Shown: positions 35,337 to 45,231 of the stretch, piece by piece
Position numbering within the stretch: the first letter of the stretch is position 1
How the letters are laid out: each line of letters begins with the position of its first letter
NCBI GenBank assembly: GCA_964450435.1
Contig: CAYVCX010000003.1
Location: forward strand, 56,221-120,220
Origin: an uncultured Anaerolineales bacterium
GTDB lineage: Bacteria > Chloroflexota > Anaerolineae > B4-G1
DNA: 64,000 nt
Direction: 5' to 3'
The notes under the pieces: generated by a model
The model's input: only the letters and a program-made list of their open reading frames with translations
Told to the model about the DNA's origin: nothing
Database searches by the model: none
Program-made: the position numbers and the translations under genes

Positions 35337-37496
35337 ATGAGCACGAGCGAGTTTAGTAACAACAGCGAGAACGGACCGGAGAGGACTCCGCCCCCAACGG
35401 GCCACCGGCGCTGGTGGGCGTGGCTGCGACTCATCTTGTTGGGGACAGCACTGGCAGCTGTGACCGCTGTCGTGATGGTGCGACCTGTGTTGCCGACCGG
35501 GCGAGTGCGGCTTGAGGAGGATGACGTCGCTCCTGAGACCATTCGCGCGCCCTATTCTCTCGTGTACGATAGCCGGATCCGCCAGCAGGAGGAGCGGGAA
35601 AGGGCTGCAGCCAGAGTAGGCCCGATCTTCTCCTCTCCGCAGGGAGACCTGGCCCGTCAGCAACTGGAGCGAGCCCGTGAGGTACTCGATTACTTGGGAT
35701 CGGTTAGAGCTGATCCCTTGGCTGCCCCAGCTCAGAAGCGAGCCTGGATTCTGGCCGTGCCAGAATTGTCCGACCTCAGCCCAGAGACAATTGATCTGTT
35801 GCTGAATCTGTCCGACGACACGTGGGATCGGGTCCAACTGGAGACCGTGGCTGTGACTGGACAGATCATGAGGCAGGAGATTCGGGAGGGACAGGTTGCC
35901 GAAGCACAGAGAAGAGTGCCGAGGATGATCGGTCTCGACCTCGCCGATGAGGAAGCCGCCGTAGCCTCGGCGCTTACCCAGTCCTTTGTCGTTCCTAACT
36001 CGTTCCTTGACCCCGAGGCCACGGCTGCGGCCCGAGATGAAGCGCGCGAGGCGGTGGGGCCGGTCACCCGCCGGTTTGAAGAGAGCCAGGTCATTGTGCG
36101 TGAGGGAGATCCCGTCAGCGCTCTTGATATTGAAGTCCTCGACCAATATGGGCTCCGTCAGCCTCGAGCGAAACGGACCGAGTTCGTCGGGGCAGGAATG
36201 CTGGCCATTCTCATGGTGACACTCCTCCATGTCTACTTGGCGCGATTTGAGCCGCAGGTCGTCTGGGATGGCCATCAATCTCTTCTCCTAGTGCTTCTGA
36301 CCACCCTTTTCGTGCTCGGTGCAGGCCTTATGGTCCCGGCTGGGGGGGTCCTGCGCTATCTCGCCCCTGCGCCGGCGTTGGCGATGTTGCTTACAGCAAC
36401 GGTGGGCAGGCACGCCGGAGTAGCGACGGCTGTCTTCCTCGGGGCCGTCACCGGAGTTGTGGCCAACAACTCACTGGAGATGGCAATGTACGCGACGACG
36501 GGGGGATTGATCGCTGCCCTTGCACTGGATCGCGTCGAGCGTATCGGCGAGCTGTTCCGGGCCGGTGCCTTCGTTGCTGTGACGCACCTTACCGTGTTGG
36601 CCCTATTCCACCTCATTCAGGATGGAACTCAGACTACCGAACTGATGACGTCTTCTTTCGCGGGGGCTGTCAACGGAGGTCTCTCATCAAGCTTGGCGCT
36701 GGGTACGCTGTTTCTCATCGGCCCGCTATTCGATGTCGTCACGACCATGCGGCTCATCGAGCTCAGCCGGCCGGAACACCCTCTTTTGCAGCGTATATTG
36801 CGCGAGGCACCAGCCACGTACCATCACAGCTTGATGGTGGCTAACCTGACCGAACAAGCCGCAGAGAGTATCGGGGCCAACGCTCTGCTGGGACGTGTCG
36901 GCGCTTACTATCACGACATTGGCAAGATTGCTCGTCCCTATTTCTTCGTTGAGAACCAGGCTGACGGTCTGAATCCGCACGATCGACTGGATCCCGAGAC
37001 GAGTGCCGAGGTGATCGTTGGGCACGTCAGCGACGGGCTCGAGCTGGCGCGGCGCTACCATCTTCCAACGCGCATCCGAGCATTCATACCGGAGCACCAT
37101 GGGGACAGCCGAGTGAGTTTCCTTTACAACAAGGCTGTGGAACTCGCCGGTGATGCACAGGTCGTGGATGAGAAGCGATTTCGCTATCCTGGCCGAAGGC
37201 CTCAGAGCAAGGAGACAGCTCTCGTGATGTTGGCTGATGGCTGCGAGGCCGCCGTACGCGCTGCGCGTCCAGAGAGCCGGGAGGAGCTGGCAGGTGTGGT
37301 CAACCGGGTTATCGATCAACGCGTTGAGGACGGCCAGTTGAATGAATCCGGCCTGACGCTCCAGGACATTGAGACCATTCGGGAGATCTTCGTGTCTGCC
37401 TTGAAGGGGACCTTCCATCCCAGAATAGAGTACCCCGAGCCCAAAGGGGATCAGCTCCCGGCTGAGACAGAAGCTGCTCAGGTTGCAACGGGATGA
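35337..37496 (+). CDS. pgpH: 7TM receptor with intracellular HD hydrolase (PgpH-type cyclic-di-AMP phosphodiesterase)
   Basis: 719 aa. N-terminal extracellular region, 7 TM helices, then an HD domain (YHHSLMVANL...YYHDIGK...HHGD). Conserved position before ybeY. Confidence 0.75.
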   Translation: MSTSEFSNNSENGPERTPPPTGHRRWWAWLRLILLGTALAAVTAVVMVRPVLPTGRVRLEEDDVAPETIRAPYSLVYDSRIRQQEERERAAARVGPIFSSPQGDLARQQLERAREVLDYLGSVRADPLAAPAQKRAWILAVPELSDLSPETIDLLLNLSDDTWDRVQLETVAVTGQIMRQEIREGQVAEAQRRVPRMIGLDLADEEAAVASALTQSFVVPNSFLDPEATAAARDEAREAVGPVTRRFEESQVIVREGDPVSALDIEVLDQYGLRQPRAKRTEFVGAGMLAILMVTLLHVYLARFEPQVVWDGHQSLLLVLLTTLFVLGAGLMVPAGGVLRYLAPAPALAMLLTATVGRHAGVATAVFLGAVTGVVANNSLEMAMYATTGGLIAALALDRVERIGELFRAGAFVAVTHLTVLALFHLIQDGTQTTELMTSSFAGAVNGGLSSSLALGTLFLIGPLFDVVTTMRLIELSRPEHPLLQRILREAPATYHHSLMVANLTEQAAESIGANALLGRVGAYYHDIGKIARPYFFVENQADGLNPHDRLDPETSAEVIVGHVSDGLELARRYHLPTRIRAFIPEHHGDSRVSFLYNKAVELAGDAQVVDEKRFRYPGRRPQSKETALVMLADGCEAAVRAARPESREELAGVVNRVIDQRVEDGQLNESGLTLQDIETIREIFVSALKGTFHPRIEYPEPKGDQLPAETEAAQVATG

Positions 37497-37969
37497 GCGT
37501 TCATAATGTAGACGTGCAGATCGACGATCGTTTCGAAGGGCGGGTGAACCCTGATCCCTTGCGTCAGGCGGCCGAAGTAGCGTTGGAGCAGCAGGGTGTC
37601 CGGGATCCGTGTGACTTGGCGGTGGTGGTGACGGGAGACGAGGTGTTGCGCGAACTCAACCGCCGCCACCGAGGGTTGGACGCGTCTACAGACGTCTTGG
37701 CTTTCCCTGACGAGACAGAAGGACCTTTCGTGGATGCCCCGGGACTTCCAAGCTACCTGGGCGACGTCGTTATCTCCTTTCCTCAGGCAAAGTCCCAGGC
37801 CGTTGGGGCAGGGAACGACCTCTTGGCGGAACTGGAACTCCTGGTGATCCACGGGGTCCTGCACCTCTTAGGGCACGACGATCAGACGGAGCCGGAGCGC
37901 GCTCGAATGTGGCAGGCGCAGCAAGCTGTTCTTGACGAATTGGGCGTCGAGGTGCATCTCAAAGACTGA
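37493..37969 (+). CDS. ybeY: rRNA maturation endoribonuclease YbeY
   Basis: HGVLHLLGHDD metal-binding motif. 158 aa. Confidence 0.88.
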   Translation: MSVHNVDVQIDDRFEGRVNPDPLRQAAEVALEQQGVRDPCDLAVVVTGDEVLRELNRRHRGLDASTDVLAFPDETEGPFVDAPGLPSYLGDVVISFPQAKSQAVGAGNDLLAELELLVIHGVLHLLGHDDQTEPERARMWQAQQAVLDELGVEVHLKD

Positions 37970-37973
37970 GTCA

Positions 37974-38357
37974 ATGCACAGCCGAAATCTGCTGGAGGCC
38001 TTTTGTTTCGCCCTCTCCGGTCTCTGGTACACGCTACGCACACAACGGAATATGCGCATCCATATCCTCGTCGCCAGCGCTGTGGTTGTCCTGGGTGTGT
38101 GGTTGCAGCTCCCGGCTGACCAGTGGGCGATCTTGGCGGTAACCATCGGCCTCGTCCTGGTCAGCGAGATGGGTAACACAGTGGTGGAGAGCATTGTGGA
38201 CCTAGTCTGTCCCGAATACGATTCGTTGGCCAAGACTGTGAAGGATGCGATGGCCGGGACAGTCCTTCTGGCAGCGATGGTCGCCGTGGTCGTCGGCGCC
38301 TTGATCTTGGGGCCGCCGCTGTGGGACAAACTGATGCGTTGGTGGTTGGGGCTCTAG
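37974..38357 (+). CDS. dgkA: diacylglycerol kinase / undecaprenol kinase (DgkA family)
   Basis: About 127 aa. EAFCFALSGLWYTLRTQRNMRIH and ESIVDLV are DAGK_prokar motifs. Starts 5 nt after ybeY. Confidence 0.8.
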   Translation: MHSRNLLEAFCFALSGLWYTLRTQRNMRIHILVASAVVVLGVWLQLPADQWAILAVTIGLVLVSEMGNTVVESIVDLVCPEYDSLAKTVKDAMAGTVLLAAMVAVVVGALILGPPLWDKLMRWWLGL

Positions 38358-38436
38358 GCTGCTCGGCGCTGGCGAAACCTAACGGGCGGCGCTGTTGTTG
38401 CCGCATGGTCGATCTGTTATTGGGGAGGATCAGTTG

Positions 38437-38910
38437 ATGAGTGTAAGGAAGAAAATCTACCTGACGCCGGAGGGGAGAGAAGAACTCTGCGAGGAACTGG
38501 ACACGTTAATGAATGTGAAACGGCCCGCTTTGGCCGAGAGACTGCGCAAGGCGATCGCGCAAGGCGATCTTTCAGAGAACGCCGACTATAAGGCGGCCAA
38601 GGAGGAGCAGTCATTCCTGGAGGGCCGGATCCAAGAGGTTGAGGCTACTCTACGCAACGCCGAGATAATTGAGGAGACGAGCAGCTCAGAGCAGGCCTCA
38701 TTGGGGAGTCGAGTCACCGTGATGGAAGAGGGCACGCAGAGCGCTGAGACCTTTCGAATCGTTGGGACGCCCGAGGCAGATCCAATCGATGGGAAAGTGT
38801 CCCACGAATCGCCCCTGGGCAGGGCGCTGCTGGGCCGTCAGGTCGGCGATATCGTCGCCATCAAGGCGCCTGGAGGAGAGATTGCGTTCCGAATCACCGA
38901 GATCAAGTGA
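38437..38910 (+). CDS. greA: transcription elongation factor GreA
   Basis: LTPEGREELCEELDTL...DLSENADYKAAKEEQSFLEGRIQEVE is the GreA coiled-coil, followed by an FKBP-like C-domain. GGGGAGGA SD. Confidence 0.88.
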   Translation: MSVRKKIYLTPEGREELCEELDTLMNVKRPALAERLRKAIAQGDLSENADYKAAKEEQSFLEGRIQEVEATLRNAEIIEETSSSEQASLGSRVTVMEEGTQSAETFRIVGTPEADPIDGKVSHESPLGRALLGRQVGDIVAIKAPGGEIAFRITEIK

Positions 38911-38938
38911 GCAGGTCCTTGGCGAACTCCAGGCCAGA

Positions 38939-39553
38939 ATGCGAGCCTGCCGTCGGTGTGTCGAGGCAGGCTTTTCAGTTGCCCTCGGCGCTGTCTTCTC
39001 CGGGCCTGCCTCAGCTTGGCTGATGATCGTCGGTCAGGCACCCGGTGCGACGGAGTGCGAGACGAAACGACCTTTCAACGGATCCTCAGGGCAACGGTTG
39101 TTCGGGTGGTTGGCAGAGGCCGGGTGGGACGAATCGGCTTTCCGTGCTACCCAGTATCTAACTGCGATCACGAAGTGTTACCCGGGAAGATCTTCCAATG
39201 GCAAGGGAGATAGGGCTCCCACGCGAGCTGAGCAGGAGCTGTGTGCTCCCTACTTGAAGGCAGAACTGGCTCTAGTCCAGCCGCGCGTCATCGTGCCGGT
39301 GGGGAGCATGGCGGTGCGGCGATTTGTGGGTCAGACGCGACTGGTCGACGTGGTGGGCAGCGTCATCGCCCAAAGCGACGGACGACTGATCGTGCGCCTG
39401 CCTCATCCGAGTGGCGTCAGTCTCTGGCTCAATCGGCCCGAGAACCAAGAGCGCGTCAGGCGAGCTCTTGCCCATCTGCAGGACCTGAAGCAGGACCTGA
39501 ACCAAGGGCCAGGGCTCTATCAGACAGGAAGACAGCTTGGTTTGGGCCCATAG
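38939..39553 (+). CDS. uracil-DNA glycosylase superfamily protein (family 4/5-like, Fe-S type)
   Basis: CRRC...LMIVGQAPGATECETKRPFNGSSGQRLFGWL aligns with the family-4 motif GEGPG..ED..GRPFVG..G, except that Gln replaces the Glu. Four Cys residues are available for a 4Fe-4S cluster. The reading frame overlaps the end of greA. Confidence 0.65.
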   Translation: MRACRRCVEAGFSVALGAVFSGPASAWLMIVGQAPGATECETKRPFNGSSGQRLFGWLAEAGWDESAFRATQYLTAITKCYPGRSSNGKGDRAPTRAEQELCAPYLKAELALVQPRVIVPVGSMAVRRFVGQTRLVDVVGSVIAQSDGRLIVRLPHPSGVSLWLNRPENQERVRRALAHLQDLKQDLNQGPGLYQTGRQLGLGP

Positions 39554-42275
39554 GATTGTGCCCGTGATTAGGCTGGATCATTGGCTGGCCCCGGTGTTGC
39601 TGTCCATGCTCATTACCTGCCTCCCTGCGAGTCATACCCTTCCCGCCCCCCGTACCACATCCGGAGCTTGTGTACCGCCCCCTGTTATCGAGTTGCAGGC
39701 AGGGTGGGGTTTCCGAACCGACCCGGAGGAAGTGGGAGTGCGCGAGCAGTGGTACTCGCCGGCTACCAGCTATGCCAACTGGAAGGAGCTCGGCCCCGGA
39801 GAACCCTGGGAGTACAGCGGTGTTGAGTACGACGGCGTGGCGTGGTACCGTACTACCATCACGATACCTGACTGGCTTGCTGTCTATCTTGGATTCGGGC
39901 CGGCAGATGACCTCGCGACACTGTGGGTGAACGGCGTGGAAGCGATGTCGTGGGGACTGGGAGACAGCGGGCCCGCTTTTGTTGACCTTTCTGCGTTCGG
40001 TGAGTCGGGCGACGACGTCGCGCTGGCAGTGCGCATTGAGGACTACGGAGGGTACGGGGGGATCAAAGGCCCGGTCCGGCTCAGCTCGAGTCCCCGTGGC
40101 GTTATGACCGATGCGGAGTACTTGACGTGGTTGGCAGAGCTGCATCCTGAATGGCCAATGCCAGGCTGGGTTCACGGACGCCCCCTTGCTTGGACTATGA
40201 CCGCCCTTCCAGGGGCGGCTGACGAAGCACTGATTCGCTTGGACGGAGCCGTCGCGCCTTGGGCCACCGCTCCGACAGTGGAGGTGTGGCTCTACGACCC
40301 CGTCAGTGACGAACTGGCGGTGGCCACAGACGAGAACGTGGAGTTCTCCCTCCAGAACGACTACCTCCCGTTGCCCCGGTGGGAGTGGAGCGCTGCCGAC
40401 ATAGCTCTGGAAAATCTCTTGTTTAGGGACGTGGCGCAGCGAGCTACACGCTGGCAGCTGACCGTTCGAAACGACGGAGAGACCAAGCGCGATCTCAGGC
40501 TTCTGTTCATCCTGCGTCCTTTTGGCATCAACCGGTCTATGGTACCCATGTGCTCGATTGGGTTGCAGGGTGACTCACGCCTATGGGTTGACGGCGACCC
40601 CTTTCTGACCGCCAAGACGCATCCTACCGAGGTCGGCTTTGGAACGTTGGATGAGGTGATGGGCGCTGCTGTGGCGGGACGAGTTCTTTCCAATGGTACA
40701 GGTGTGACTGATCCCTCCGGAGAGGGAGCTGCGGTGTGGGCCTATTCGCTGTCCTTGGGAGCCGGAGAGGCGGATACTCTACGATTTGCATTCCCACGCG
40801 CTCCGGAGGAGGATCCGCCTGCTATCCAGGCAAGCGGCGAGAGCCAGCTAGCTGAATCAATGGCTGTGTGGGAGCAGGCTGTGAATCAGGTTGAGATCCA
40901 CGTTCCTGATGACTTCGTCGAGCAGGGTGTCAAAGCATCAACTGGGTATTTGCTTCTTGCCATTGGCCCCCCGGGACCTCATCCAGGCCCACTCATGCAC
41001 GACTCTATGTGGGTGCGGGATGCTGCCTACGTCGGATTGGCCCTCCTGCAGCTCGGGCACGCTGAAGTTGTCCGTGAGTACATTCCAGATATTCTGGCAG
41101 CTCAGGAGCCTGATGGACGTATGCCTCCTATTCACGGCAGCGACATTCCGTGGGAGAGCGACCAATGGGATTCACAGGGGCAGACGATCTTCTTGGGTAC
41201 GAGCTACTATCGGTACACAGGGGAGCTCGATGCGCTCCGGAATTGGTATCCAGCCCTGCGAGCGGCGGCGGAGTTCATCGTGGGACTGCGGGCGGCCCGA
41301 GATGACTCTGGCGAGGCAACTCACGGACTGCTCCCTCCCAGCAAGAGTGCAGAAGACCTGGGCCCTGCCGACCGCCATTACTACTGGGACAATTTCTGGG
41401 CGGTGCTGGGCTTGCAGGAGGCAGCCTTCGCAGCTCGCGAGCTGGGCAACACAGACGATGCTGAGTGGATGGAGCGCGAGGCCGACGCGCTAAGAGCGGC
41501 GATCCTCCAGTCCGTGGAGACGGTCATGGGTCCGGAGCCTGCCTACATCCCGGGAGCTGTGGAGGAGGTGGATAGCTCTGCTATGGCCCGAGGGACCGTT
41601 CCAGTGCTGTGGCCCGTCCGACTGCTGTCGCCGGATACTCCATTGTTGCGGCGGTCTTTCGACCGCTATCATCGACGCTGGATAGCGCCTGACGAGGGCG
41701 GTTTTCGGCACCGCCACGACCAATTCTGGCCCTACGGTGGGCTGGAGCTCGCCCACGCATATCTCCGTCTGGGGCGAAAAGATATCGTTCACGAGATCCT
41801 GGGCTGGGTTCTGGATAACCAAACGTTGCCTGGTACCTTTGCCTGGGCCGAGCAAGTAGACCCCGCTAGTGGGGGGATTTCTGGCGGCGACATGCCTCAC
41901 GCCTGGGCTGCCGCCAGCTATGCCACTCTTGTGCGCGAGATGCTGGTATCCGAGAACGAAGGTGTCCTCGAGTTGTTTACTGGGGTGCCCGATTGGTGGC
42001 TCGAAGCCGGAAGAACGATTAGTTTGAGGAGGGCGCCCACTCACTTTGGTGTGCTCGACCTTCACACCGATAGCACGGTTCAGCAGACGGACTCCGGCTG
42101 GGACGGCGAGCTGACCCTCACCATCTCCGGTGCGGTGCCTCCTGAGGGGTTCCGCTGGCACTTGCCCGAGGTTCCTATGGCGGTCGATGGCCCTCGCGGG
42201 ACTAGCGTGGAGCGCAATCAGCTCCTTATTCCTGGTGCTGGAGGTACAGTCAGGTTGTCGTTCGTCAGCCGGTGA
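39537..42275 (+). CDS. glycoside hydrolase with an N-terminal GH2-type sugar-binding beta-sandwich and a C-terminal (alpha/alpha)6 six-hairpin domain
   Basis: 912 aa. N-terminal W..F..D...W...W..I.VP..W....YDGVAWYR jelly-roll pattern. C-terminal HYYWDNFWAVLGL-type six-hairpin glycosidase blocks. The true start may be an internal Met. Confidence 0.55.
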   Translation: MVWAHRIVPVIRLDHWLAPVLLSMLITCLPASHTLPAPRTTSGACVPPPVIELQAGWGFRTDPEEVGVREQWYSPATSYANWKELGPGEPWEYSGVEYDGVAWYRTTITIPDWLAVYLGFGPADDLATLWVNGVEAMSWGLGDSGPAFVDLSAFGESGDDVALAVRIEDYGGYGGIKGPVRLSSSPRGVMTDAEYLTWLAELHPEWPMPGWVHGRPLAWTMTALPGAADEALIRLDGAVAPWATAPTVEVWLYDPVSDELAVATDENVEFSLQNDYLPLPRWEWSAADIALENLLFRDVAQRATRWQLTVRNDGETKRDLRLLFILRPFGINRSMVPMCSIGLQGDSRLWVDGDPFLTAKTHPTEVGFGTLDEVMGAAVAGRVLSNGTGVTDPSGEGAAVWAYSLSLGAGEADTLRFAFPRAPEEDPPAIQASGESQLAESMAVWEQAVNQVEIHVPDDFVEQGVKASTGYLLLAIGPPGPHPGPLMHDSMWVRDAAYVGLALLQLGHAEVVREYIPDILAAQEPDGRMPPIHGSDIPWESDQWDSQGQTIFLGTSYYRYTGELDALRNWYPALRAAAEFIVGLRAARDDSGEATHGLLPPSKSAEDLGPADRHYYWDNFWAVLGLQEAAFAARELGNTDDAEWMEREADALRAAILQSVETVMGPEPAYIPGAVEEVDSSAMARGTVPVLWPVRLLSPDTPLLRRSFDRYHRRWIAPDEGGFRHRHDQFWPYGGLELAHAYLRLGRKDIVHEILGWVLDNQTLPGTFAWAEQVDPASGGISGGDMPHAWAAASYATLVREMLVSENEGVLELFTGVPDWWLEAGRTISLRRAPTHFGVLDLHTDSTVQQTDSGWDGELTLTISGAVPPEGFRWHLPEVPMAVDGPRGTSVERNQLLIPGAGGTVRLSFVSR

Positions 42276-42510
42276 GTGGATGTGCCCTCATAGAGGCTGC
42301 TCGCCTGCGCAAATGCGAGAGAGATATCTCGTTGCGTCTCTCTGTGTGGCCCGATCAATCTGCTATCTGCGTGCCTCTCTGCTGGTCGCCCCGACGAGTT
42401 GCGTGTCTGGATAGGGAGCCAGATCTGGGCTGTGGCGGGCCGGCTAGTATCCGTGCCGGATTCGTCGCTCTTGGTTCTGGATGAAGTAAGAAAAGTACGA
42501 GGAGGATCCT

Positions 42511-43419
42511 ATGATGGCCGAGGATCAGTGCAACTTAGCTGGAAACGTAGCAAGCCAGCGCCGCCGGCCTCCTTGGATCCGGGTTCGCGCTCCGGATGCC
42601 GAGTCTTATCATTGGCTCAAGCGATTGATGAGAGCAAAAGGTCTACATACCGTGTGTGAGGAGGCCCACTGCCCGAACGTTGGTGAGTGTTGGGGGAATC
42701 GCACTGCCACGTTCCTCATCCTGGGAGACATCTGCACACGCAACTGTCGTTTCTGCGATGTTGAGACTGGTCGCCCTGGACCCCTCGATCCTGATGAAGC
42801 CCAACACGTCGCTCAGGCGGTGCAGGAGATGGATCTGAGACACGCAGTCATCACCTCGGTGGATCGAGACGACCTGCCTGATGGCGGGGCCTCTGTCTTT
42901 GCCGCTGTGATCCGCCGTATCAGGGACCTGCAGCCGTCCTGCACCGTGGAGGTCCTGATTCCTGATTTCCGCGGAGAAGTGGGGCCGCTGCGGACGGTTA
43001 TGGACGAACGCCCGGAGATCCTCAATCACAACGTGGAGACGGTGCCTAGTCTCTTTCACACGATCCAGCCTCAGTGCCGCTATGAGTGGTCGTTGGATGT
43101 CCTCCGGAACGCCAAGGGATTGTGGCCCCAGGCGGTGACCAAGAGTGGCATCATGGTCGGACTCGGGGAGACAGTGGACGAGGTTCTGGACGTCATGCGC
43201 GACCTGCGCGCCATCGACGTCGACATTCTGACCGTGGGGCAGTATCTGCAGCCGTCACGGCACCACGCACCGATCCTCCGCTACTACGAGCCGGAGGAAT
43301 TCGAGATGTTGAGCGAGCGGGCGTACGAGATGGGATTCCGGTGGGTTGAAAGCGCACCCCTCGTGCGCAGTTCTTACAACGCCGAGGCACAGGCGCGAGC
43401 GCTGACCCGACGCTCCTGA
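42511..43419 (+). CDS. lipA: lipoyl synthase
   Basis: [13 protein letters not shown] and CTRNCRFC are the two LipA Fe-S cluster motifs. 302 aa. Confidence 0.92.
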   Translation: MMAEDQCNLAGNVASQRRRPPWIRVRAPDAESYHWLKRLMRAKGLHTVCEEAHCPNVGECWGNRTATFLILGDICTRNCRFCDVETGRPGPLDPDEAQHVAQAVQEMDLRHAVITSVDRDDLPDGGASVFAAVIRRIRDLQPSCTVEVLIPDFRGEVGPLRTVMDERPEILNHNVETVPSLFHTIQPQCRYEWSLDVLRNAKGLWPQAVTKSGIMVGLGETVDEVLDVMRDLRAIDVDILTVGQYLQPSRHHAPILRYYEPEEFEMLSERAYEMGFRWVESAPLVRSSYNAEAQARALTRRS

Positions 43420-43549
43420 TCTGATCTTCCCCTCCACGTTTCACGCTCCCGAGTTCTATGCTCAGGGGATATCGCCCATGCTCGTAACGGGCTCCCGTGG
43501 TCAACTGGGAGAGGCTGCATGCAAGAGGTGTGGGTCAGGCTCGGCGGAC

Positions 43550-44515
43550 TCAATCCAGGTCTAAGACAGCCAACTGTCCTCCGTCGTCGAAATGGGCTCG
43601 GAAGCGAGAGAGGAAATCGGCTGGGCGGTAGTAATGGCTCTGCGGGCCCGGATGTTCGACGGCGTAGGTCGCTGCCAAGCTGCCGAGTCGACCTACCAGA
43701 TCCCATGGTAGTCTGAGGGCAAGGCCCTTGATCAGCCCCGCCCGGTATGCATCTCCCACGCCCGTAGGATCGCCGGTGCAACGCGGGTCGACCGGGGGAA
43801 TCGCGTAGACGTTGTTCGGCGTCCAAATGCAAGATCCCTCAATTCCCCTGGTCACGATGCACGCTTGGCTGGGTGCCGCCCGAATCTCTGCTGCGGACAG
43901 GGCAGTCTTCTCGCGCAACATCTCAAACTCGTACTCGTTGACCACTAGAAGCGTGGAGCCCTCCAATCCCGCTCTGAGTTCGTCCCCGGACAGCCTCACA
44001 ATTTGCTGACTTGGATCGTATAGGTACGGAATTCCCGATGCCTGGCATTCAGCGGTGTACTTCACCATCGCTTGAGGGTCGTTTGGAGAGATGACAACCA
44101 GGTCTATCTCCTCGACGTCCAGTCCCAGCAATGAGAGGTTGCGAGCCCGGGCCATCGCGCCGGTGTAGAAATTGGCAATCTGATTGCCGTCCTCATCGGT
44201 GCTGACAAAGAAGGAGGCTGTGAACAGGTCAGCCTCGGTTCGGACAAGGGAGGTGTCCACTCCACGTCCTTCGAGCCAGGCCCGATAGGCGTCGAAGTCC
44301 TGTCCCACGGTCCCCATCAGGCGAGGACGTTCTTCGAGCAGCGCCAGATTGTAGGCTATGTTGGCTGCACATCCCCCACGCTGCTTCTGCATCTCATCGA
44401 CCAAGAAGCTCACCGAGAGCCGCTGAATCTGATCCGGAAGAATGTGCTCAGCGAAGCGGCCTGGAAAAGTCATCAGGTAGTCGTAGGCGATCGAACCTGT
44501 GACAACGACGTTCAT
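43550..44515 (-). CDS. PfkB family carbohydrate/nucleoside kinase
   Basis: N-terminal GSIAYDYL; GGCAANIAYNLA; C-terminal DPTGVGDAYRAGL (the anion hole/DTxGAGD motif). 321 aa. Confidence 0.8.
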   Translation of the reverse strand: MNVVVTGSIAYDYLMTFPGRFAEHILPDQIQRLSVSFLVDEMQKQRGGCAANIAYNLALLEERPRLMGTVGQDFDAYRAWLEGRGVDTSLVRTEADLFTASFFVSTDEDGNQIANFYTGAMARARNLSLLGLDVEEIDLVVISPNDPQAMVKYTAECQASGIPYLYDPSQQIVRLSGDELRAGLEGSTLLVVNEYEFEMLREKTALSAAEIRAAPSQACIVTRGIEGSCIWTPNNVYAIPPVDPRCTGDPTGVGDAYRAGLIKGLALRLPWDLVGRLGSLAATYAVEHPGPQSHYYRPADFLSRFRAHFDDGGQLAVLDLD

Positions 44516-45231
44516 TCTTCCCTCCGTAGGACAAGACTCATCGGCAAGAAACGGTCACGGATGATGACCTTCAGCGCCCAGAGCCCAGCCCATGGACGGA
44601 TCTTCTTCCCCTCCGCGACCGTGCGGGGGTCATAAGACACTGGGACTTCAACAATCTCGTGACCGGAACGCAGGATCTTGTCCGTCAACTCAAAATCCAG
44701 ATCGAAGCCAGATCCGGTCAGATCCAGCGATTTCAATACGTCCGTGCGAACCATCTTCGCCCCTGTCGCGACATCTGTGAGCCCAGCGCCGTAGAGGACG
44801 TTCGTCAGCCAGGTGAGAAACCGGACGCCCAGGTAGTTCGCCAGGTACCTGTAATCCGCTCGTCCTCCCAGCGTGCGGGAACCGTAGATAGCCGCGGGTG
44901 AGCGCTCGCGCACGTGCTCCAGGTACAGGGGGTAATCCGCTGGATCATATTCCAGGTCGGCGTCCTGGATGATGGCATAGTCGCCCGTGCAGTGTTCGAT
45001 GGCCGTGCGCACCGAGCTGCCCTTTCCCATGTTTCTGGAGTGCAAGATCACGTGTATGTTGGACGAATTCAGCCCCTGAAGGATTTCGCGGGTGCCATCG
45101 GTGGAGAAGTTGTCCACCACGATAATCTCCTTCTCCCACTCCGATCCCAGCTCAACGGCTCGAACACGCTCCAGGATGGTCAGGATCGTGTCTCGCTCGT
45201 TGTAGGTGCAGATGATGACCGAGAGCTTCAT
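44512..45231 (-). CDS. glycosyltransferase family 2 (polyprenol-phosphate sugar transferase-like)
   Basis: MKLSVIICTYNERDTIL...VVDNFSTDGT...DADLEYDP is the GT2 DxD region. 239 aa. Confidence 0.85.
   Translation of the reverse strand: MKLSVIICTYNERDTILTILERVRAVELGSEWEKEIIVVDNFSTDGTREILQGLNSSNIHVILHSRNMGKGSSVRTAIEHCTGDYAIIQDADLEYDPADYPLYLEHVRERSPAAIYGSRTLGGRADYRYLANYLGVRFLTWLTNVLYGAGLTDVATGAKMVRTDVLKSLDLTGSGFDLDFELTDKILRSGHEIVEVPVSYDPRTVAEGKKIRPWAGLWALKVIIRDRFLPMSLVLRREE

Noticed and set aside
36726-37418. 230-aa minus-strand ORF
   Set aside because: Antisense to pgpH with no recognisable domain.
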